Positions 54,049 to 61,744 of a DNA stretch of 64,000 bases are shown here, one piece after another. Positions within the stretch are counted from its first letter, which is position 1. Each line of letters opens with the position of its first letter. Both the position numbers and the translations under genes were made by a program. The notes beneath the pieces are model-generated. The model worked only from the letters and a program-made list of their open reading frames with translations. It made no database searches and had not been told where the DNA came from. Origin of the DNA: Coriobacteriales bacterium (GTDB lineage: Bacteria > Actinomycetota > Coriobacteriia > Coriobacteriales > UBA8131); the NCBI GenBank assembly GCA_031264075.1, contig JAISEO010000060.1, forward strand, positions 6,354-70,353, in the 5' to 3' direction.

Positions 54049-55120
54049 GTTCTGCCCCCTCAAGCTGTCTGGCCACCTTGTTCAGATCGATGATGTCGGC
54101 AAATCGGTTTACCCTGCTGCTGCTTATCTCGTTTTGGATGCGCATCCAGAGCGCCTGGTATGATTTCAGCCCCCGCGTCTCGTCTTCCAGCAGGCTTGCA
54201 TCCATCGCAAACACGATGATGAAATAGCCCAGCGCATCAATGCCGTCGATGAGCTCACGGATGCTTTCATAAGCATCCTCACGACGCATCTTCGTGTAGC
54301 GGATTTCCTCCAGAACCGAGGTCTCTGCCAGCATCTCCAAATTATCCACTGCCACCGCAATGCCGGCAAAGCCTGCAAGCCTCACGACTTCCAACAGCGA
54401 ATACAACATATGCCGCGCATTCTGGCGCGTGATACGCGAGGGAGAAAGCCCCAGTCTGCGCAAGCTGGCCACGCGGACACCCTTATCGCCCCAAAGCCAC
54501 CTGAGCAGTTGCTCTTCCGACTCGCTTTCCAGCGCGGGATAGCCCAGATACCCGCTGGTGATAAGCGCCGATGCTATGGCAAAGTTGCTGTCTATGTTGC
54601 GGTTCTCGAAAAACAACCTGCTCAGCTGAGCCCGTATCTCCCGCTTCGTGAGCGGATCAAGCGAGCCGGTCATCTGCAGGAAGTCCACAAAGCGCATGCC
54701 CTCCGGGATGTCGCTCTGGTCATAGCCCATAGCTTCTATCACCTGGTTTGCACAGGCCCGCATACAGCCCTCAAAATCTATCGACGAGAAGATGGCGGCG
54801 TAGATGTCCCTGAAGTCATGGAGCCAGGTTCCCTTGCCACTGATGAAGGTTGTCTTATAGCCACTGGCTGCTGCATCGCTCAGATAGTGTCGCAGGCAGG
54901 CCGATTTACCGCTTTCCGCAGCGCCGGTGAGGAACTTTATCTTACTGCCGCCCTGTGCTATGAAGGTTTCCAGATACTGCTCCGTCCAGAACCTGGAGAC
55001 ATACTGAGCGCACTCTTCCTTACTGCGCAGAGCAGCTCGCGCAGTTGCTTCCGTGGTGCCCATAGCTACGACTGGATCATTATCCATCAAGCGCGTATCT
55101 ACCATCGACTCATCGTCCAT
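54041..55120 (-). CDS. Second P-loop NTPase, distant paralog-like partner of the BrxD-like ATPase
   Basis: Start at ATG 55120 (GGGAGG 7 nt upstream). Walker A FLTGAAESGKSA. The Walker B-like strand IAVAVDNLE has Asn in place of the catalytic Glu position. Confidence 0.55.
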   Translation of the reverse strand: MDDESMVDTRLMDNDPVVAMGTTEATARAALRSKEECAQYVSRFWTEQYLETFIAQGGSKIKFLTGAAESGKSACLRHYLSDAAASGYKTTFISGKGTWLHDFRDIYAAIFSSIDFEGCMRACANQVIEAMGYDQSDIPEGMRFVDFLQMTGSLDPLTKREIRAQLSRLFFENRNIDSNFAIASALITSGYLGYPALESESEEQLLRWLWGDKGVRVASLRRLGLSPSRITRQNARHMLYSLLEVVRLAGFAGIAVAVDNLEMLAETSVLEEIRYTKMRREDAYESIRELIDGIDALGYFIIVFAMDASLLEDETRGLKSYQALWMRIQNEISSSRVNRFADIIDLNKVARQLEGAEHE

Positions 55121-55174
55121 CAAGCAACCTCCCTGTCCTCATCCTCAATCTCACCATTGTTCGTTTAGCTTTTA

Positions 55175-55957
55175 TCAGTCGGTAAAGAAGCGCACCGTTG
55201 CGATGAACAACTCGCTGCCATAGGCATCAAGGATGCGTATGGCCCGGTTGTTGTTGCGGCTCGGCCCAAACTGTATCCGCCGGCCGTCCGCAAGCACCAC
55301 GTCCTCGGCGCTGTACAACCGGGCAAGGTCAAACGCAAAGGCTCTCGCGTCGTAGTCTCTCCTGAAGCGCCGCATGGGAGTGAGGTACTTGTAGAGAGTG
55401 CTCAGATAGACGTCGGCGTCCATCACCGGCTTTTTGCCCTTGGCAGTGGCGATGATTGCCAGGTCGTAGGCCGCCGCCAGTTCGGCAGCAAATTGAACGG
55501 CATTAAACGACGCGGAAAGGAGCTTGGCCTTTCCGGCTTCCAGCATGTTGGCTATGGCTGCTGGCCTGAGCCCAGGTGCCTTTCTCCCGTTGATGAGCAC
55601 ATCCTCGTTTGAGGGGTCAATCTTGAGGCGATACGGGAATATCTCGTATGAGTTTCCTTCCCCGACGATGTCGATGCCGCGCTTGTCGCATTCTTCCACT
55701 AACTGCTCAGCAAAATCCCCTGATGCGAGGTAGGTGGCAGCATCAAAGCCCGTTACAGCGTCCGCAAGGGTGCCGATGTTGAGCGCCATCTCCTCAGCAG
55801 CTGCAGCAATGGCGGCGATGTCCTTTTCCGCCCCTCTGACGTCACCGTTCTCGATGCTCTTGCCTATTCGCCTCTGAAGCCTTTGCTGTAAGGCAATGCC
55901 TGCCCTGAGCTTTTCAGCGGTATCTGTACATTCGTCATGAAACGATTCAAAATCCAC
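55175..55957 (-). CDS. Hypothetical 260-aa protein, first gene of the ATPase operon, no family recognised
   Basis: Start proposed at GTG 55957 (AAGGAGG then 4 nt). The ORF-track start at 56044 lacks an SD. Helical Ala/Glu-rich N-half. No TM segment, no TerB-like motif visible. Confidence 0.5.
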   Translation of the reverse strand: MDFESFHDECTDTAEKLRAGIALQQRLQRRIGKSIENGDVRGAEKDIAAIAAAAEEMALNIGTLADAVTGFDAATYLASGDFAEQLVEECDKRGIDIVGEGNSYEIFPYRLKIDPSNEDVLINGRKAPGLRPAAIANMLEAGKAKLLSASFNAVQFAAELAAAYDLAIIATAKGKKPVMDADVYLSTLYKYLTPMRRFRRDYDARAFAFDLARLYSAEDVVLADGRRIQFGPSRNNNRAIRILDAYGSELFIATVRFFTD

Positions 55958-56088
55958 TTTGCCTCCTTGTTCAGATGAGTTTGCGACGCAAGCCGCAGAA
56001 ATAATCCACAGTCTGACGTTGCAGTATCCACTCGATGTTTTCAAAGGGAGACTATAGCATATTCGGGTAGACTATAAGGGAAAGGCGT

Positions 56089-56130
56089 GGGATTTGAGAG
56101 GGATTGAGAGAAATTGAGAGATTCGGAGGA
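56089..56130. promoter_or_regulatory. Phased 10-bp tandem repeat (RRATTGAGAG x3 plus a decayed fourth) in the divergent control region of the ATPase operon and helicase gene
   Basis: gggatttgagag / ggattgagag / aaattgagag / attcggagga. Preceded by a direct repeat AGACTATA...AGACTATA (56049-56078). Confidence 0.4.
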
Positions 56131-57882
56131 AAGGTGCGGGAACTTGCAGGAATCACTCTGTACGATTGGCAGGAACGCTGCCTTGATTCCTGGGCAGCAA
56201 ACGGGTATCGCGGCACGGTGAGTGTCGCAACCGGCGCCGGTAAGACGGTACTGGCGCTCGCTGCAATCAGGCTGCTGTTAAACGGGCCGATATATTCCGA
56301 GGGCAAACAGCTCAGTGTCAAGATCATCGTTCCCCGGATATTCCTTGCGCAGCAGTGGCGAGCGGAAATCATCAGGATTCTGGGGATTCCCTCTGAACAG
56401 ATAGGTCTGTACTACGGAGCACAGAAATGCGACCCCTCGCTCCCCTTTGTGATATACGTCCTTGACTCCGCACGCCATAACGTTGCCCGTCACATCCTTG
56501 CTGATGTCAAGGCAAACACCGGAGGCGACGTCATCGAGGGAGCCAGTGCCGTTTGTACGAGTGGAGCCAACACAGAACGTTCCGTATTCCTTATCTGCGA
56601 CGAGGTTCATCACTTTGGCAGCACGGAGAATGCGCACGTCTTTGACTTTGTTGGGCACATCCCCGACTCGCACTACTTTGCGCTCGGGCTTTCTGCGACG
56701 CCACACTGCGAGCATTTCAATGACCGGATAGCTCCGGCGATAGGTGGCATCATCTTCACCTATGACATCGAGCGGGCCAGCACAGAGAGCATCACGGCAA
56801 GCTATCACCTGTTCAGGGTAGCGGTAGACCTTAACAGCGGCGAGTTCGACCGCTATGACGAACTCACCGATACCATCGCGCGCGTGAGCGCCCGTCTTGC
56901 CACGCGCTGCCCTGAGCTCAGAAGGCTTAGAGGACGGGAGTTCTTTGCTTTCGTGCGTCGTCTTGCCAACCAGGACGGACCTGTGGCTCCGCTCGCGCGC
57001 AGCCTGCTTTCGCTCATCCTTAAACGCAGAGCCGTGGTGATACTTGCCGCCTCCCGCAATACCTGCGCCCTTGATCTCCTTTCCCGCCTGCCTTACGACA
57101 CACGGATCATCCTGTTCAGCGAGCGGATACGTTCTGACGATGAACTCTTCACCAGGCTTGAGGCGCTGTATCCGGGACGCGCCAGTCGCTATCACAGCCT
57201 CATGGAACCTGAGACCAGGCAGCGGGCACTGGAAGCTTACCGCAGTGGGCAGACACCGGTGATCGTCTGCTGTCGCGCGTTAGACGAGGGGCTCGACGTG
57301 CCCTTGACCGACATGGGCTTCATCGTGTCGAGCGGCACCAACCTCCGACAGCGCGTCCAACGCATGGGGAGGATACTCCGGAAGAGCAACACAGCTCAGC
57401 CCAAGCGTATCTTCTACCTATATGTTCCCTCGACCACCGAGAACCCCGAGCTGCTTTGGTCTGATGAGGCTGATAGGGAGGGAAATGCTGGTACTGTTGC
57501 CGTGCCAGTTGAGCTTGCCGGATCAGATGAAGCCTTTGAAGGGGCAGGGGAGAAGGGGACACCTTCTGCCTCTAGGGTCATCGAATCAACAGGTTTTGAT
57601 CTGCACTATGATGGCTTTAGTCAGTCTTTGGTCAACGAAGATTACGATGAAATCGCCGCCCGGGTCATGGCCGCGCTTACGAGCAGGAAAGCCTCGCCGC
57701 AGCAACTCAAAGCGGCCAGCAAGCAGCTCCGCCGGGGAGCGATAGCGCTTGATTACCTGATGGAGGAGTCCGAGTGCCGCGCACTCCTCAACAGGGCCGT
57801 GCGTGAGGAGAAGGCGTATCTGCAGACCATGCTCCTCATGATACAGGAGGCTGCCAAAGGCATGGGTACTGTTGGGGAATGA
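56104..57882 (+). CDS. Superfamily-2 helicase (ResIII/ERCC3-like DEAH-type) with a ~130-aa C-terminal extension
   Basis: Motif I VATGAGKT, Ia IIVPRIFLAQQW, II LICDEVHHF, III GLSATP, V CCRALDEGLDVP, VI QRVQRMGRILR. Start uncertain (TTG 56104 or GTG 56134). Confidence 0.85.
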   Translation: MREIERFGGKVRELAGITLYDWQERCLDSWAANGYRGTVSVATGAGKTVLALAAIRLLLNGPIYSEGKQLSVKIIVPRIFLAQQWRAEIIRILGIPSEQIGLYYGAQKCDPSLPFVIYVLDSARHNVARHILADVKANTGGDVIEGASAVCTSGANTERSVFLICDEVHHFGSTENAHVFDFVGHIPDSHYFALGLSATPHCEHFNDRIAPAIGGIIFTYDIERASTESITASYHLFRVAVDLNSGEFDRYDELTDTIARVSARLATRCPELRRLRGREFFAFVRRLANQDGPVAPLARSLLSLILKRRAVVILAASRNTCALDLLSRLPYDTRIILFSERIRSDDELFTRLEALYPGRASRYHSLMEPETRQRALEAYRSGQTPVIVCCRALDEGLDVPLTDMGFIVSSGTNLRQRVQRMGRILRKSNTAQPKRIFYLYVPSTTENPELLWSDEADREGNAGTVAVPVELAGSDEAFEGAGEKGTPSASRVIESTGFDLHYDGFSQSLVNEDYDEIAARVMAALTSRKASPQQLKAASKQLRRGAIALDYLMEESECRALLNRAVREEKAYLQTMLLMIQEAAKGMGTVGE

Positions 57883-58022
57883 AGCGGTTTTGTTCTGGAG
57901 GTTTGATGCCATCATGGTCAAGCAGCAGAAGATGAGCCGTATGAGAAAAAACTGGCAAGGCGCTTGGCAAACTTTACTTATTCAGTAAAACTTGCTAAAA
58001 TGAGCTAAAGTTAGGAGAATGC

Positions 58023-59003
58023 TTGGATTCAGGAATTGACAGAATACTCAACCAGCCAGTTGAGATGATCGGCAAGATCGATCTTTCAGGCTATCCTCGA
58101 TTTTACAGCACAGACTACGATATCAGCCATATAAGAATCGGTTCGGTCGATTGTATCTTGATCAAGACTGAAGGTGTTATCAAGCTGCCCGCTATTATAA
58201 AGATGGTGCAGTTTCTTGAATCCAAGAATAGTATGCCCTGCATAATCTCGACGTCAAAGCTCACCGATTATCAAAAGAAACGACTCTCAGAGCTTGGTAT
58301 CGCCTATATTATTTCGCCCAACAATCTCTACATTCCCTTTCTGGGGATATCGATTCTGCAATCGAAGAACAGGACGGAACCTATCACGAGCCTCTCTCCA
58401 CAGGCGCAGTACCTTGCATTGCACATCATCGATGGAAGCTGGGTTGGACTGAATGCAACCGCCGTGGCCCGCACAATGAAAAAGAGCTTGCCAAGCATCA
58501 GCAACTACTTCAAGGAAATCGAAGCTACCGTGCCCCAAGTCATCGACAGGTGCGGAACCAGGAAAGTCCTTGTGAATGACGGTGTCCTCTCCAGGGGAGA
58601 ACTATTCAGGTTGTTTGAGCCTTACCTCACAACTCCAGTGAAAGACTCATTCTATGCGAAATTCAAAGGAAGGCAACGCAGCTTGATCGACCATGGATAT
58701 CTTTACGCTGGCATCAGTGCCCTCAGCAAAACGACGATGCTTGTCGACTCTCCCTGGAAAACCTATGCCACCTCAGAATACGAGCGAAGCGATTCAGGCG
58801 AATTTGCAAGTGGCTTGACTGTTGTTACCGTTGACGACGATCCTGATATCCTCCTGCAGATATGGAAATACCCACCACAGGATAGCGGTGATGATACCGT
58901 TGATGATATATCACTCTATCTGTCTCTCAAGGATAGTCCTCAACTGGAGGATCCTCGAGGCGAAGAAGCTCTGGCGGGCCTGCTTGAGAGGATTGCTGGA
59001 TGA
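58023..59003 (+). CDS. Putative wHTH protein, antitoxin-like partner of the downstream nucleotidyltransferase (AbiEi-like role)
   Basis: 326 aa. Central HTH-like segment LSPQAQYLALHIIDGSWVGLNATAVARTMKKSLPSISNYFKEIE. ATGA overlap with the next gene. TTG start uncertain. Family assignment is weak. Confidence 0.4.
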   Translation: MDSGIDRILNQPVEMIGKIDLSGYPRFYSTDYDISHIRIGSVDCILIKTEGVIKLPAIIKMVQFLESKNSMPCIISTSKLTDYQKKRLSELGIAYIISPNNLYIPFLGISILQSKNRTEPITSLSPQAQYLALHIIDGSWVGLNATAVARTMKKSLPSISNYFKEIEATVPQVIDRCGTRKVLVNDGVLSRGELFRLFEPYLTTPVKDSFYAKFKGRQRSLIDHGYLYAGISALSKTTMLVDSPWKTYATSEYERSDSGEFASGLTVVTVDDDPDILLQIWKYPPQDSGDDTVDDISLYLSLKDSPQLEDPRGEEALAGLLERIAG

Positions 59004-59755
59004 GCGTAGAAGGTCTCGAATTGTTCAGACAGCGTTTTGCTCCCTACTCAGACGCTTATGTGCTGATAGGAGGCAGTGCTTGCGATCTGCTATTCTCTGA
59101 ACAAGGCATGGACTTTCGAGCAACCCATGACCTCGATATCGTAGTTCTGGTTGATAAGCCTCTTTCTGGTTTTGCCAAGACGCTTTGGCAATTCATCAAT
59201 GACGGCGATTATCTCTGCGGTTGGCGTAACAACCCGGATGTTCACTATTATCGCTTTACTGAGCCTAAGAGTCCTGGGTTTCCAAGGATGATTGAGCTTT
59301 TTGCTCGGCATCCAGGATTTCCCTTACGTGACGAAGCCTCATATATTGTGCCTCTGCCGGTCAATGATGATATTTCCAGCCTATCCGCCATTCTCCTTGA
59401 TGATGACTACTATGAGTTCTTAAAAAGCAGTCTATCTACCATTAATGGGATCAATGTGCCCGATGTAGCGCACCTGATCCCTCTGAAAGCCCGTGCTCAC
59501 ATAGACCTGAGTGAAAGAAAAGATGCAGGACAGCATGTGAACTCTACTGACCTCAAGAAGCACAAAAAGGATGTTGTCAGCTTGGTTTCCATAGTACCTG
59601 TCAACGTTCATATCGAACTGAGTTCCCAGATGAAAGAAGACATGAAGCGATTCGTCGGCACTCTGCGACAGGAAGGAGCGCAAAGTAACCAGACCAGACC
59701 AGGATTGCCCCTGCAAGGAGCACTTGATGCGCTTGAAGATATATACAACCTTTAA
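59000..59755 (+). CDS. Nucleotidyltransferase-fold protein, AbiEii/AbiGii-like toxin
   Basis: YVLIGGSACDLLFSEQGMDFRATHDLDIVVLV shows the G[GS]x9-13 D.D NTase motif. The downstream IPLKARAHIDL is typical of AbiEii/DUF1814-type proteins. Confidence 0.6.
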   Translation: MSVEGLELFRQRFAPYSDAYVLIGGSACDLLFSEQGMDFRATHDLDIVVLVDKPLSGFAKTLWQFINDGDYLCGWRNNPDVHYYRFTEPKSPGFPRMIELFARHPGFPLRDEASYIVPLPVNDDISSLSAILLDDDYYEFLKSSLSTINGINVPDVAHLIPLKARAHIDLSERKDAGQHVNSTDLKKHKKDVVSLVSIVPVNVHIELSSQMKEDMKRFVGTLRQEGAQSNQTRPGLPLQGALDALEDIYNL

Positions 59756-59829
59756 CGGGCTCTGAGAGGCAAGTGTTATTCTGAAGAAACATCTGACGCA
59801 TTTCTGTCTTTCCGGTAGAAATGACTTAA

Positions 59830-60072
59830 TGTTCAACACTAACAATCAACATCTCTAGGGCTACAAGAAGTGGTGCGATTTGCAGTCTTGAGCGTATGCT
59901 TGTCGAGTTGATGCGGAATAGTGCCAACATGCCTCTCGATTATTACAAGGAGGTCACTTCATCTTATTGCAAAAGAATTGATGCCATGGACATGCGAGCA
60001 GTCGAGGATTACATGAATCTATTTGAGCGCAATGACTATATGTGGGACATTCTCTACAAAGAGATACTTTAA
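59830..60072 (+). pseudogene. C-terminal fragment of an AbiEi-type antitoxin gene
   Basis: Frame open from 59830 to TAA 60070-60072: ...ICSLERMLVELMRNSANMPLDYYKEV...FERNDYMWDILYKEIL*. This resembles the AbiEi C-terminal region (..ERTL.DL.R..). There is no N-terminal wHTH part, and the stop overlaps the next fragment (TAATG). Confidence 0.4.
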
Positions 60073-60368
60073 TGGATCTGAGCGAGATACGTCAGAGCTA
60101 CGTTGATGATGGCATTGATTTTGAGAATGCAAATGCCAGGACGGCACAAGATGTGATGCTTGACATGATCTCTTCCTCCTCGATGGCAGACAAGGTGACC
60201 GTCAAAGCCGGTGTCGTGATGCAGCACCTTTCACATGATAATCGTAGAACATCTGTGGATATTTACGTTGTACAATGTGGGTATGACGGGTTGTATTCGC
60301 GAAGTGCAAAAGAGAAAAACCTCCACTGTATCGACATCAGTTCAGGTGTTGTCTGTGACAGAGCCTAG
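60072..60368 (+). pseudogene. N-terminal fragment of an AbiEii-type nucleotidyltransferase toxin gene
   Basis: MDLSEIRQSYVDDGIDFENANARTAQDVMLDMISSSSMADKVTVKAGVVMQHLSHDNRRTSVDIYV matches the AbiEii N-terminal pattern (..L.FKGGTAL......R.S.DIDF) and then loses similarity. The ORF ends after 98 aa. Confidence 0.45.
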
Positions 60369-60438
60369 CGTACAGGTCAATAGGATAGCGAGAAATCAGT
60401 ACAGGCAATTTGTAGTTTCATCCAGATACGAGGTCTCA

Positions 60439-61467
60439 ATGATTATTGAAAGCATTTTAGTCTTCCTACTCTATTTCATCGGAGCATTTCTTTTGTTTCT
60501 AATCGTGAACGCAGTTGGGCCACGTATGGCTTCACAATATAGGGATATACTGACTGATATGAACGATTCAGAGCGTTCATTTAATGCTATTTATCGTATT
60601 GTTGCACCAGTGGTTATTTGGTGTTTGTTTGCCAGTCTATTGAAGCTTCTTGGTATCAGCATCGGGGTTGAATCGTTTTCAGTTTTTATTTTCTATTGGA
60701 TCATCCGGTTGGCCAGTCTTTTTCTTTTTAATAAGATTCGTAGAGGATATCTTCTCGGTTTCTTTTGGCGCGTTGTGGCAAGCTGCTTGCTTGGATACTA
60801 TTTTACTTTTAACATTATATCTGTAGACGCCAATTTGCTTATACCTGAAACAAGCGATGTCGTTTTTCAATTTTGGCTGGTCTTTGCGCTTGCAATTGTC
60901 TCAGTCGTGTCGAGAGCTGGCAGCCAAGCGAGATATGATTTTGAAAAGCAGTTTCACGAAATTAGACGTCTCGCTAATGGGCTATTACCAAAAAGATTCA
61001 AGGAAGATTTCGTTTTGCAAGCCTTATTCTACTCCTTCGCCACGATCGAAGATTATTATCGACCATCTCCGATTAGGCGAATGGAACGGTTGGCTCACCG
61101 CTTCGGCCTAGCTGAAACTACTGGCATCATGCAGGTTAAATCATCTAGGCCACTGAGCGACAAAGAAAGTATATTAGCATCTGTGCCAATAATAGAGGAT
61201 ATCTGGGATGATTATTTAAAGAAATCGAAACCTGTTGGCGATCTTGAGCATTTCACGGTCAAAGAAGGGTCATACAGCTACAGATTTGGGGAGTTGCTTA
61301 ATCAAGTTCGGGTTGACTTCGATTCGATACATGCAAACTATATGGGTACCGTGCATTTTAATGGGGTGAACTTTTTTAATAATGCATCTTTCTATATTAG
61401 GTGCCAGGATTATATATCTGATGAGAGCGAGGTGATTGTGGAAACGTCGAGAGCTGAGATTTGTTAG
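60439..61467 (+). CDS. Hypothetical membrane protein (5-6 TM N-half, soluble C-half), low-GC
   Basis: Start at MIIESILVFLLYF (ATG 60439). About 40% G+C. The C-half contains ...RFGLAETTGIMQVKS..., faintly reminiscent of the SLT E...GLMQ motif. No confident family. Confidence 0.5.
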   Translation: MIIESILVFLLYFIGAFLLFLIVNAVGPRMASQYRDILTDMNDSERSFNAIYRIVAPVVIWCLFASLLKLLGISIGVESFSVFIFYWIIRLASLFLFNKIRRGYLLGFFWRVVASCLLGYYFTFNIISVDANLLIPETSDVVFQFWLVFALAIVSVVSRAGSQARYDFEKQFHEIRRLANGLLPKRFKEDFVLQALFYSFATIEDYYRPSPIRRMERLAHRFGLAETTGIMQVKSSRPLSDKESILASVPIIEDIWDDYLKKSKPVGDLEHFTVKEGSYSYRFGELLNQVRVDFDSIHANYMGTVHFNGVNFFNNASFYIRCQDYISDESEVIVETSRAEIC

Positions 61468-61668
61468 GGATGTATATTATTGATATTGCAAAACGTCACT
61501 CATGGATGTCTGGCATTTCCTCGCAAGAAAGTTTCTGGTTCTGGATCATTGGGTCAGTTTTTCAATTGTACTTGGCACAAAACAGGCTATGATTCTTACT
61601 CTTTAGCGAGAAGAATTCATTTGATGCTATTCCACGCCTTCGAAGCTGAGAAGAGGGGAGAGAACGAA

Positions 61669-61695
61669 GGGGCACCCCTGTGTTTCAGGTGCCCC
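61669..61695. terminator. GC-rich hairpin between convergent genes (bidirectional terminator candidate)
   Basis: ggggcacc (61669-61676), 11-nt loop, ggtgcccc (61688-61695). Pyrimidine-rich flanks rather than a clean U-tract. Confidence 0.45.
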
Positions 61696-61744
61696 CTCTT
61701 CTACGGCGAAAAGCCGTGTTCAAGCGAACTGTCTGAACAGAGAC

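Noticed and set aside
60042-60368. 108-aa ORF as an intact gene
   Set aside because: Only residues 11 to about 85 resemble an AbiEii N-terminus, and the rest is unrelated. It is treated as a truncated fragment, and the ATG at 60042 lies inside the preceding AbiEi fragment.
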